A stretch of 64,000 nt of DNA from Alkalispirochaeta sp. (GTDB lineage Bacteria > Spirochaetota > Spirochaetia > DSM-27196 > Alkalispirochaetaceae). The DNA lies in the NCBI GenBank assembly GCA_965601925.1, contig OZ271854.1, positions 3,776,001-3,840,000 on the forward strand, given 5' to 3'. The number at the start of each line of letters is the position of its first letter. Position 1 is the first letter of the stretch. Of the stretch, positions 48,452 to 57,608 are shown one piece after another. Made by a program: the position numbers and the translations under genes. Below the pieces are notes generated by a model. It ran no database searches and was not told the origin of the DNA. It saw only the letters and a list, made by a program, of their open reading frames with translations.

Positions 48452-48480
48452 ATCATAGCGCAGCGACCGGTCCTTGGCAA
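48452..48480 (-). promoter_or_regulatory. sigma70 promoter of rpe
   Basis: TTGCCA-17-TATGAT, 8 nt before ATG. Confidence 0.65.
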
Positions 48481-48492
48481 AGGTTTGCTTCG

Positions 48493-48520
48493 TTGACCTT
48501 TCTCGCCAGCATGATATAAT
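48493..48520 (+). promoter_or_regulatory. sigma70 promoter of the TPR-greA operon
   Basis: TTGACC-16-TG-extended TATAAT, back-to-back with the rpe promoter. Confidence 0.65.
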
Positions 48521-48549
48521 GGGGAAAACGGTAAGAGGATGCGATCATC

Positions 48550-49488
48550 TTGGACAACCATACTGAGACGGCGCATGGTTTAGTGAATCATGCCGCCGAT
48601 CTTATCGTATCGCACCAACTGTCGGTAGCAAACGAGGAGCTGGAACGGGCGCTTGCGCTTGACTTTGACAATATTGACGTGGTGACGGCCCTGAAATACA
48701 CCAATTTTTGGATCGATCGTCAGGAACGTGTCGAAGGTCTGGTAGAAGCTTTTGAACGAGGAGAGTACCTCCTCGCCCAGTGGACCGTGTTTCAGAGCTT
48801 TATCGAGCGCGTCGGGCCGCGGGTCGAGGGAATCATTAACGCCCTTCGTCAGCACGTGTTTCGTCAAGCTCTGTCTCACTATCGAGAGATCTACCAGGAA
48901 CAGAGTAATCGCGACGCGGAACTCCTTGTGAGAATCGGTCGTTGTTACAAAGGCGCGGGAGAATTCGATCGAGCGTTACGGTTTCTGCGTGCCGCGAGCG
49001 CCCAGCGACCCGGCGATGCGGAAGTATTGGCGGAACTGGCGGACGTACTTGCGCTCGTAGACGAGATAGCGCAGGCGAAGGCGTTCTTTCGTGAGGCGTT
49101 TTTCGTCGGCGCTCAAAAGATTGACATCTCGCGCCTGGAGTCGGAACTTATACGGAGGCTCGTGAAGGCTGTTGCGGAGCGTGGTTTTCACGGAGCGGCT
49201 CTTCTGGAGTGGATTCCGGTCCATGGCGTTTTGTACGATGTGCTCAACGTCAAACGGGAGCTGCGATCCATTGAGTTCGGTCGACTCAAGCAGTCTATAT
49301 ACGAATTGGAAAGGGAACTGCGCGAAGGCACGGGAGATGTCGAGTTGATTCGACCTCGATTGATCAACCATTACTTCTGGTTGATCGACCATTACCAAGC
49401 CGCTAAAGAAGCGCAGGGAAAAATCGACGAAGTGCTAGTCAAAATACGGAGTGTGGATGCCAATGTCTACCACCAGTACAATGCCTGA
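48550..49488 (+). CDS. TPR-containing hypothetical protein upstream of greA
   Basis: TTG start after AGAGGA; helical TPR motifs (RIGRCYKGAGEFDRA). Confidence 0.8.
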   Translation: MDNHTETAHGLVNHAADLIVSHQLSVANEELERALALDFDNIDVVTALKYTNFWIDRQERVEGLVEAFERGEYLLAQWTVFQSFIERVGPRVEGIINALRQHVFRQALSHYREIYQEQSNRDAELLVRIGRCYKGAGEFDRALRFLRAASAQRPGDAEVLAELADVLALVDEIAQAKAFFREAFFVGAQKIDISRLESELIRRLVKAVAERGFHGAALLEWIPVHGVLYDVLNVKRELRSIEFGRLKQSIYELERELREGTGDVELIRPRLINHYFWLIDHYQAAKEAQGKIDEVLVKIRSVDANVYHQYNA

Positions 49489-52183
49489 TCTTATTCAGCA
49501 TTTGAACGAACTTCTCAACGAAGAGAAGTGGACCCGAGCGACGCTCAACAACTATACCGTGAGCAACTTCAAGGAACTCGACGAAGTCGGCGAGCAGGTT
49601 CGAGAAGCGGGGCTTGAGGACGAAGCGCGCGAGTTGTGCGAAGAGCATCTGCAGCACACGAAAAACAGTATTATCGCCCTGTATATCGCCGGTCTTCTCG
49701 ACTTGGCGCGACAGTCGGTAGACGACGCCAATTTGATTCTCCTCACGAGGATATTCAGCGACAACCATAAATGGAACATCGTGGAGTATCTCGCCCAGCG
49801 TATCCTCGAGTTCGGCGAGAACCGTTTTGCTCTGCGCATTCTCGTCGACGTCTACAACAACGAGAACCAGTCCGAGAAGCTGCACGAGGTGTGGGAGCGG
49901 TTAATTCGCGTCGACTACGAAGAGGCGACGATCGTTCGTCAACTCGCGGAGCTCAAAGAGGCGGCCGACGACGTGGACCAAGCGGTCGTGTACTACAAAA
50001 AGGCGCTCCACCGCTACATCACCAAGAAGAGTTTTTCCAACGTGAAAGAGGTGTGGCACAAACTCGTGAATCTCGCCCCCGGCGAGACGGAGTTCTTCTA
50101 CCACGCCGAGTCGAAAATCTCGCGCTCCATCAGTGCCGATCGCGCCGTACAGCTCCTCGAAGATCTTTTTCCGGAGTTCAAGAAGGCCGGTGACTGGAAT
50201 CGAGCCATTGAGCTTCTCAAGCGCGTCCTCAACTACGATCCCAAGAATCCCTGGGCCCGAAAAGAGATTATCGATTGTTTCAGCGAGAAATACAGCGAGC
50301 ACAGCAACCTCGAAGAGTACATTCGCATCAGTAACATCAACCAGAGTTGGCGCCCCGTGCACGAGGCGATCGCCGACTTCGAGAAGCACATCTCTTTCGA
50401 CAAGGGGAACTTTGTGTTTCATCGCAGCTGGGGTATCGGTCGCATTCGCGAGATATCCGGCGACGATATCACGATCGATTTTGCCAAGAAGCGCGGTCAC
50501 AGCATGTCCTTGAAAATGGCGATCAACGCCCTGGATGTGCTTCCCAAGGATCACATCTGGGTACTCCGGGCGGTGTGGAAAAAGCAGAAACTCCACGATC
50601 TCGTCAAGAAGAATCCGGTGTGGGCGCTCAAAACGGTGATTCGCAGCCTCGGAAACTCCGCCGACATGAAGAAAATCAAGGCCGAGTTGGTGCCGGCGAT
50701 CCTCTCTCCCGGTGAGTGGTCGTCGTGGAGCACCAAGGCGCGCCAGATCCTCAAGACGAATCCCGACTTCGGTACCCTCACCGATAAGGTGGACCACTTC
50801 GTAGTGCGCGACCAGCCCATCACCTTCGAAGAGAAGACGTACAATAAGTTCAAGGCGGAGAAGACCTTCTTTGATCGCGTGAAGACGTTCGAAGAGTTCC
50901 TTTCGTGGATGGAAGAAGAGAGCGGCGACGGTATCGACAGCGAGTTTTTTCGCGACATGTTCGAGTACTTCGCCAGCTTTGTTCGCAACGTCGCCCAGGT
51001 GAACGAGTACGTCATTTCGTCCCTGATCGTGCTTCACGGTATCGTGACGCGGTATCCATTCCTGAGAGGCGATCTTGATCTCGATTTCGAGTCGATGTAT
51101 AGCCGAATCGAGGATCTGGAGGGCGTGTTTTCCCGCATCGAGTCACCGGATTTGCGCCGGAGATTCCTCAGTCAGGTTCGCGCGTATGACAAGAACTGGG
51201 GGCCGGTGTACGCGAAGCTCGTACCGCATCATCTATCGCGGGATATTCTCTTGGAACTGGAGCGCACGGGAAAGCACGAACTGATCCTGGAGTTGATCTC
51301 CGGTTTTTACGAGAGCTATCGCGACGCACGCGAGACCTTCGTGTGGTTGGTGCGAAACTGCGAGGAAGATACGTGGTTTGACGAGCTCGGCATTACCGAA
51401 GAGAAGCGCCTCATCGCGATGGTGCACATCTACGACCTCACGTTCCGGGACATCGACAACCGAAAGGATGTCAGCCACAACCGCAAAATCAACAAGCAGG
51501 TTCACACGTATCTCTTCCGCGATCAGAAGCTACCCGACTTTATCGACGATGCGGACGAGGAATCGGTATCGCGCCTCTTTACGCTGATATCGGACGTGAA
51601 GGACATGGACCCCAAGTTGTTGCTCGACCTCAAGCAACGCGTGCTCAATCGCTTCCCCTCGTTCCGTTTCTACGGGGAGGATGTGGTAGAGCAAAGCACC
51701 AAAAAGGTGCTGTATTGCACCGCCGGCAGTTACGAGGCCAAGCAAGCCGAGTATCGGCATCTCCAGGAGGTGGAGGTCCCGCAGAACTCCAAGGAGATCG
51801 AGGTCGCCCGCGAATACGGAGATCTGAGAGAGAATGCGGAGTACAAGGCCGCCAAAGAGCGTCAGGATGCGCTCAACACGCGTGCCGCGCGACTCAAGGG
51901 AGAACTCGAACAGGCGCGGATCGTGAAGCCCGCCGATGTCGACGCCTCGGAGGTCGCCTTCGGTACGCAGGTCGCCCTTACGGATCTCGAGAACGACGCC
52001 GAGATAACTTATACGATCTTGGGCCCCTGGGAGTCCGATCCGACGATTAATATCATTAACTATCAGTCGCCCCTTGGAAATAGGCTTCTGCGCAACAAAC
52101 CGGGTGATGAGTTGGATTTTGAGATTAACGAGAAGCGATATCACCTTAGAATCGGTGAGGTGCGAGTAGCAACCTTCGCCTGA
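49463..52183 (+). CDS. greA: Long-form transcription elongation factor GreA with large N-terminal helical/TPR extension
   Basis: C-terminal AREYGDLRENAEYKAAKE, VAFGT, ILGPWESD, SPLG; start uncertain (49451-49481). Confidence 0.92.
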   Translation: MSTTSTMPDLIQHLNELLNEEKWTRATLNNYTVSNFKELDEVGEQVREAGLEDEARELCEEHLQHTKNSIIALYIAGLLDLARQSVDDANLILLTRIFSDNHKWNIVEYLAQRILEFGENRFALRILVDVYNNENQSEKLHEVWERLIRVDYEEATIVRQLAELKEAADDVDQAVVYYKKALHRYITKKSFSNVKEVWHKLVNLAPGETEFFYHAESKISRSISADRAVQLLEDLFPEFKKAGDWNRAIELLKRVLNYDPKNPWARKEIIDCFSEKYSEHSNLEEYIRISNINQSWRPVHEAIADFEKHISFDKGNFVFHRSWGIGRIREISGDDITIDFAKKRGHSMSLKMAINALDVLPKDHIWVLRAVWKKQKLHDLVKKNPVWALKTVIRSLGNSADMKKIKAELVPAILSPGEWSSWSTKARQILKTNPDFGTLTDKVDHFVVRDQPITFEEKTYNKFKAEKTFFDRVKTFEEFLSWMEEESGDGIDSEFFRDMFEYFASFVRNVAQVNEYVISSLIVLHGIVTRYPFLRGDLDLDFESMYSRIEDLEGVFSRIESPDLRRRFLSQVRAYDKNWGPVYAKLVPHHLSRDILLELERTGKHELILELISGFYESYRDARETFVWLVRNCEEDTWFDELGITEEKRLIAMVHIYDLTFRDIDNRKDVSHNRKINKQVHTYLFRDQKLPDFIDDADEESVSRLFTLISDVKDMDPKLLLDLKQRVLNRFPSFRFYGEDVVEQSTKKVLYCTAGSYEAKQAEYRHLQEVEVPQNSKEIEVAREYGDLRENAEYKAAKERQDALNTRAARLKGELEQARIVKPADVDASEVAFGTQVALTDLENDAEITYTILGPWESDPTINIINYQSPLGNRLLRNKPGDELDFEINEKRYHLRIGEVRVATFA

Positions 52184-52216
52184 CGAGCGCGCTGTCGTCC
52201 GTCGTCAATCGTCGTC

Positions 52217-52236
52217 CGCGTCCGTCGCCGGACGCG
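52217..52236. terminator. Hairpin between convergent greA and HEAT-repeat genes
   Basis: CGCGTCCG/CGGACGCG perfect 8-bp stem, 4-nt loop. Confidence 0.55.
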
Positions 52237-52243
52237 AGGACGG

Positions 52244-53662
52244 CTATCGCGGTCCGAACTCTTCCAAGGCGGCGAGCGCCGCCTGTCGGACGGCACGATG
52301 GTTACCCTCCTCGCTTCGAGCCTGAACTACTTCCATAAGACTGGCAAGCCGGCTTCGGCCGGCGGCGCGGAGCCCGTATATTTGCAGAATGAAGTTCGGA
52401 TGGTCGAGTAAACGGGCGGCGATAGGCTCGATCGCACGATCTTCCGTCTGAGAGGCGACGCGCCCGATCGCATCTAAAATACGCGAGTTTTCCCGTTCCC
52501 ACTCCACCTGCATAATCTCGAGCACCAAATCGACGCTTCGTTGCAGGCGATCGCGCATCAGTCGATCGATAATTGCGATGCGTTCGTCGATGCCGATGCG
52601 TTCGTTCCCGGCGCGCTCCTCCAGAAGGCGCCATCCATCGGCGCGATCAAGAGCTGCAAGCGTCTCGATCGCCTCCAGCCGCACACGTCTCTCCGGGTCG
52701 CGGCGCACCTTGTACATCACCGCGCGCAGCGCGTCGGTCGTCTCGCGCTCGGCGATCGTCTCCAGAGCGGCTACGCGGACACGCCAGAACTCATCGCGAA
52801 GCGCGGCGATGATGGCGTCGGTCGCCTCCGGCGTCTCGAATTGTCGCAGCGCATTGACCGCGTATGCGCGGGTCAGGGCGTCGGAGGAGTCGAACTGACG
52901 CATGATGATCGGTAACGCGCGCGGATCGCCGAGCTTGCCGAGTGTATCGAGAGCGAAGCGCTGGAGCACCGTCGTCGCCTCCTCGTCTTCTCCAATGATC
53001 TCAGTGATGAAATCGAAGACCTGAGGATCACCGCGCTCACCGAGTTCTACCAATATTTGTCCTCGCACATCCTCGGAAATGCCGCTTTCATCGTACAACT
53101 CAGTAAGTATACTTGCGTCGGTCCCTGCGGCGGCGAGAAGGCGCACCGCGCCGACCGCCGGGCCGAGTCGTCCGTCACGCGATATGGCGAGTAGTGCATC
53201 GACACTCGCATCCGAGAGTGCGGCTCCGGTCTCCCGGAGATAGATCATGAGGGCGACGATGAGATCATCGGTTCGCAGATCCTCTTCACCGATAATCGCG
53301 AGGGCGCGATCGTGCCCGCCGGTTAGTTCGAACTCCTGAAGATAACGCGCGGAACCGGCCAGGACCGCGGAGTCATTGCTCGTCTCGAACAGTGAGAGCA
53401 CCTCTTCGGCGAGCCGGTCTTCGCCGTTTTCGATCAACGTGGGTAAGAGCTCGACGATCTCGGAGTTGATGCCGAACAAAAGGGTATCGCGCCAGTCTTC
53501 GACGATCGAGCGGACCTCCTCGTCATTCGAGGGCGCATCTTCCTGCGCGAGAACCGGTAGAGATAGGCACAGGGCAACGGCCACGGGAAGTGCACGATTC
53601 CACGTTCTCTGTTGCATTCGTCGGGATATCTTCAGTCGTGATCCGCGTCTCATGGGCACCAT
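52244..53662 (-). CDS. Exported HEAT-repeat protein
   Basis: Signal peptide; HEAT motifs (LGKLGDPRALP, DEFWRVRVAALETI, DPERRVRLEAIETL). Confidence 0.82.
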   Translation of the reverse strand: MVPMRRGSRLKISRRMQQRTWNRALPVAVALCLSLPVLAQEDAPSNDEEVRSIVEDWRDTLLFGINSEIVELLPTLIENGEDRLAEEVLSLFETSNDSAVLAGSARYLQEFELTGGHDRALAIIGEEDLRTDDLIVALMIYLRETGAALSDASVDALLAISRDGRLGPAVGAVRLLAAAGTDASILTELYDESGISEDVRGQILVELGERGDPQVFDFITEIIGEDEEATTVLQRFALDTLGKLGDPRALPIIMRQFDSSDALTRAYAVNALRQFETPEATDAIIAALRDEFWRVRVAALETIAERETTDALRAVMYKVRRDPERRVRLEAIETLAALDRADGWRLLEERAGNERIGIDERIAIIDRLMRDRLQRSVDLVLEIMQVEWERENSRILDAIGRVASQTEDRAIEPIAARLLDHPNFILQIYGLRAAGRSRLASLMEVVQARSEEGNHRAVRQAALAALEEFGPR

Positions 53663-53749
53663 TATTCCTCATTTTCGTCCGTTTGGGACGACACTATAAG
53701 ACCCAGCATTGTGCGAAATAACGGCACCGAACCCCTTGCGATCGCAGTA

Positions 53750-55381
53750 CTAAACGATTTCGCGGCCCTTGGCGAGTCTTGCGATCGATATTCCCATTAG
53801 GCGGTAGGTGCCGATGAGAACGGCCAGTGCGGGAAGGCTCTCGGCGAGAAGGAGCGCTAGATTAATGAGCGAACTGCCGCCGCTGCTCCACCCGGAGAGA
53901 CCCACCACGCTCCATATCCGGCGCACTCCGAGAACGGCGGCGACGGCGGCGGCGGAGGCACACAGCGCCCGAACGGCCGACGCGGCGAGCCGTTTCATCC
54001 GGAGCGCCCCGGTCTTGCGGCGAACTGCGAAGAGAAGCAGGAGGAGTCCCACGGTAAACGCGAGGCTGTTGGCCGCCGCGAGGCCGGCGACGCGCAGCGC
54101 CGTCTCCTTCAACCAGAGGCTCAATCCGACATCCAGAGCCATCGTGATCGTGGCAACGACAAGGGGGGTGCGATAGTCGCCGCAGGCGTAGAAGAAGCGT
54201 TGTAGGAAGGTGAAAGCACCGACGCTGAATAGTCCGAGACAATAGTATACCAGAACGCGCGCCGCCAGCGCGGTCGCCTCATGGGTAAATGCCCCTCGCT
54301 GGAGCGCCACGGCGATAATCTCCTCGGAGAAGAGACCCAGCCCTACGCCCGCCGGTATCAGTAGGAGAACGAGAGCCCGTAGGCCTCCGCCGACGGTGCT
54401 TCTGAGCGCAGAGTTATCGCCGGCGGCGTGGTGGCGGCTCATGGCCGGAAAGAGAACCGTCGTGATCGATGCACCGAAGATACCGAAGGGCAACTGCCAG
54501 AAGACGAGCGCATTGGTCATCGCCGATCCGCTGCCGTCTTCCAGGCCACTGGCAAAGTACAGTGCGATCTGCTGGTTGATCGTGAATACGCTGGCCGTGG
54601 CTACCACGGGAAGCCACCGTTTCACAATCGCCCGAAAATCCGGATCGTGAACATCGAGGCGCGGTAGGAGATTGTAGCCGTACGCGTTCACTCGAGGAAC
54701 TTGCAAAAGCAGTTGCCCGAGTCCGCCCACCAGAACCCCTACGACCATGGCATATACTCCGAGCGTGCGGTGCCACAGAAGCGTGGAGCCGATAACCGCT
54801 ATCGAAAACCACAGGGGTGCGAGGGACGGGACGAGAAAGTGGTGGTGTGAATTGAGCGTTCCCATCAGAACTGCAGCGACGGATATTAACAACACGTAGT
54901 GGATAAGCCACCGAAAGAGACCGCCCGCGAGAACTTGGCGCTCGAGTTCCGGAAAATCGAGAATGGTATTGACGACCGGTTGCGCGAATATCGTCGCCGC
55001 CGTTAACAGCGGTACCAGTATGACGAGCTGTAGACCGATCAATGAGCGGACGATGCGGCGGGCTCGCGCGCCCTCGGGATCTTCCACGTGCGCGCGCGAC
55101 AGCACGGGAACGAACGCCGATGAGAGCGCCCCTTCGGCGAGAAGTTTTCTCAAGTTGTTAGGAATATTGAACACTAAGTTAAGGACATCGGCCTCTCCCG
55201 ATGCGCCGAAAATCGCGCCGACAACGGCGATCCTCACAAAACCGAACAGGCGCGAGACGAACGTCGAGACCATGACCAGAGCCGTCGCAACGAAGTTGCC
55301 GCGGTCGGTCGGTACGCCGGAGGGCGAATGCGATACGTGCGATTCGCCCGGCGAGTCTACGCGCGGGGAGCGTCTTCTCAT
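53750..55381 (-). CDS. murJ: Lipid II flippase
   Basis: SRLFGFVR, IPNNLRKLLAEGALSSAFVP, QLPFGIFG, RGAF, multiple TMs. Confidence 0.94.
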   Translation of the reverse strand: MRRRSPRVDSPGESHVSHSPSGVPTDRGNFVATALVMVSTFVSRLFGFVRIAVVGAIFGASGEADVLNLVFNIPNNLRKLLAEGALSSAFVPVLSRAHVEDPEGARARRIVRSLIGLQLVILVPLLTAATIFAQPVVNTILDFPELERQVLAGGLFRWLIHYVLLISVAAVLMGTLNSHHHFLVPSLAPLWFSIAVIGSTLLWHRTLGVYAMVVGVLVGGLGQLLLQVPRVNAYGYNLLPRLDVHDPDFRAIVKRWLPVVATASVFTINQQIALYFASGLEDGSGSAMTNALVFWQLPFGIFGASITTVLFPAMSRHHAAGDNSALRSTVGGGLRALVLLLIPAGVGLGLFSEEIIAVALQRGAFTHEATALAARVLVYYCLGLFSVGAFTFLQRFFYACGDYRTPLVVATITMALDVGLSLWLKETALRVAGLAAANSLAFTVGLLLLLFAVRRKTGALRMKRLAASAVRALCASAAAVAAVLGVRRIWSVVGLSGWSSGGSSLINLALLLAESLPALAVLIGTYRLMGISIARLAKGREIV

Positions 55382-56529
55382 GCGTCGTACCCTTTCGAGA
55401 AGCGCTCGAGGAAGTCTCTCTTAAAGCGTAGAAACGTTCCGCTGCGAATTGCATCGGCCGCCCGCTCCACGAGCCACGCCATGAAGCGCAGATTATGTTC
55501 CGTCGCGAGCATCGCGCCGAGAATTTCATTCGCCTTAAACAAATGACGGAGATACCCGAGGCTGTACGGTCGTCCGCCGAAGGAGTCGATCTCGGGATCC
55601 GGCGCCTCGTCGAGGCGGGCGAAGCGCGCGTTTTTTAGATTGATCCTACCTCTTGTCGTGAATAACGTCCCGTTGCGCCCCGCGCGGGTCGGAAAGACGC
55701 AATCGAACATGTCGATACCGTGTTCGATTGCCGTCAAGATGTATTCCGGCGTTCCGATACCCATCACGTACCGCGGTGTGTGGGCCGGCAGAAGGGCGGC
55801 GGTATGGGCGAGAATCTCCTCGTAAGTGTCGAACGACTCGCCGACCGAGAGGCCGCCGATCGCGATTCCCGGAAGGTCGAGTGCTGAGGTCGTCTCGACC
55901 GCGCGAGTTCGCAAATCGGGAAAGAAGTTGCCCTGCACAATGCCGAAGAGCGCACCGTTGTACCCCTTCTCGTCGCGCGCCTCTATCCACCTCTTGCGAG
56001 CTCGCCGAGCCCACAGCGTCGTCGTCTCCAGCGCGTCCTCCGCCCCCTTGTAATCCTGGTCGGCGCCGGTGCAGACATCGAGTACCATTTGGATGTCCGA
56101 GCCGATCGTCACTTGGATCTCGACGGCGCGCTCCGGAGTGAGCATGTGACGCGAACCGTCGATGTGGGACTGGAAGCGCGCGCCCTCCTCGGTGATCTTG
56201 CGAAAAGGAGCCAAGCTGAAAATCTGGTATCCGCCCGAGTCGGTGAGAATATTGTGACTCCATGACGAGAAACGATGGAGCCCGCCGAACGCCGCGAGCG
56301 TTTCCGTACCGGGGCGCAGAAAAAGATGATAGGTATTGGCGAGGATGAGTCGATATCCCATCGCCTCAACCGTATCGTGGCGGATGGCTTTCACGGTGCC
56401 GGCGGTGCCGACGGGCATAAAAGTCGGCGTAGCGACCGGCCCGTGTGGGAGCTCGATGACGCCCGTACGGGCCCGACACTGCGCGTCGCGATGGTGCTCG
56501 TGGAACCGAAGTGGAGGATCTATCATCAT
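55378..56529 (-). CDS. tgt: tRNA-guanine transglycosylase
   Basis: TPTFMPVGT, ANTYHL..RPG, TDSGGYQ, GIVQG, GGLSVGE, DMFDCVFPTR; start moved to 56529. Confidence 0.96.
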   Translation of the reverse strand: MMIDPPLRFHEHHRDAQCRARTGVIELPHGPVATPTFMPVGTAGTVKAIRHDTVEAMGYRLILANTYHLFLRPGTETLAAFGGLHRFSSWSHNILTDSGGYQIFSLAPFRKITEEGARFQSHIDGSRHMLTPERAVEIQVTIGSDIQMVLDVCTGADQDYKGAEDALETTTLWARRARKRWIEARDEKGYNGALFGIVQGNFFPDLRTRAVETTSALDLPGIAIGGLSVGESFDTYEEILAHTAALLPAHTPRYVMGIGTPEYILTAIEHGIDMFDCVFPTRAGRNGTLFTTRGRINLKNARFARLDEAPDPEIDSFGGRPYSLGYLRHLFKANEILGAMLATEHNLRFMAWLVERAADAIRSGTFLRFKRDFLERFSKGYDA

Positions 56530-57608
56530 GTTTTCGCCGTTCGAAAGAGAAGCGTTCCGAGTGTGGTGAACAGAATGGCGCCGGACCACGCCCCCACAAT
56601 CGGAGGTATGAGACCGTCTCCCGCCAGAATTCCGGCTACCATTCCCGTCACGTAGTATACTACCGCCGCGATCAACGAGATGAGCAGACTCATGAGGAGC
56701 ACATTACGACGAAATCGTCCTCCAAGAGCGCTCGACAAGAGCACGACGACAAAGGGCGTCAGGGAAAAGGCGAACCGATTGTAGTACTCGGTGAGGGACT
56801 GTCGATACGGTTGTCCGGCGTCGCGCAGCCCGAACACCCATGAGCGCGCCTCATCAAAACGCATCTCGTCTACCTCCCGCGCCGACCGTTGGAACCGACG
56901 CGGCTCCATGTCGAAGCGCGCCTCGTCCATGCGCCGAAACGGCTCGGCCGCAATGCGCTCGTCGCCGTCGGAGATACGCGAGTAACGGGTACCGTGCTCC
57001 CACACCCAGTTATCGCCGTCCCAGCGGCCCGATGCGGCATCAATACGCGAAACGAACATACCCTCACCGTCGCGTTCGACGACGAGAACCCGGGAGAGCT
57101 CCTCGGTGCTATCGTTGTAGTAATCGGCCGAGTAGATAATGCGCCCCGACGCGTTGCGTACCGTGATATTCGTGTTGCTGAACGAGCGGGTAATGTTAAG
57201 AAGCTGCCGTGAAAGCTCATTTTTGGAGCGAAACGTATCGATCACGACGTACTCGTGAAAGAAGAAGCTCCCGACGCTCAGGACGAGGCCGAGAACCAAA
57301 AGCGGCAGGGTGAACCGCCATAGGGGAACGCCGGAGCTGAACACGGCAATCAGTTCGTTATTACTGTAGAGCGTACCGATACTGAATCCGACGGCAAATA
57401 GGAGCGCAACCGGCAACGCGTATCCCACCGCACGGGGAAGGTAGAGAATCTGCACGCGCAGAATCTCCGCCGCCGGTACTTGAAGGTCGAGATAACGCAC
57501 CAAGTTGGCAAAGAGATCGACCAACTCGACGATAAGCACGAAAAATGCGAGTGAGGCCAAAAAGACCGGCAGAAACGTGCGAAGAAGAAAGCGTGTAAGG
57601 ATGCTCAT
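56526..57608 (-). CDS. LptF/LptG-family permease
   Basis: 3 TM, NNELIA..SSGV, periplasmic beta region, 3 TM; start moved to ATG 57608. Confidence 0.88.
   Translation of the reverse strand: MSILTRFLLRTFLPVFLASLAFFVLIVELVDLFANLVRYLDLQVPAAEILRVQILYLPRAVGYALPVALLFAVGFSIGTLYSNNELIAVFSSGVPLWRFTLPLLVLGLVLSVGSFFFHEYVVIDTFRSKNELSRQLLNITRSFSNTNITVRNASGRIIYSADYYNDSTEELSRVLVVERDGEGMFVSRIDAASGRWDGDNWVWEHGTRYSRISDGDERIAAEPFRRMDEARFDMEPRRFQRSAREVDEMRFDEARSWVFGLRDAGQPYRQSLTEYYNRFAFSLTPFVVVLLSSALGGRFRRNVLLMSLLISLIAAVVYYVTGMVAGILAGDGLIPPIVGAWSGAILFTTLGTLLFRTAKT

Noticed and set aside
9963..53745. Frequent CGATCG/GCGATCGC palindromes as HIP1-like repeats
   Set aside because: Plausibly explained by GCG/ATC/GAT codon usage; enrichment cannot be established without a Markov-model count
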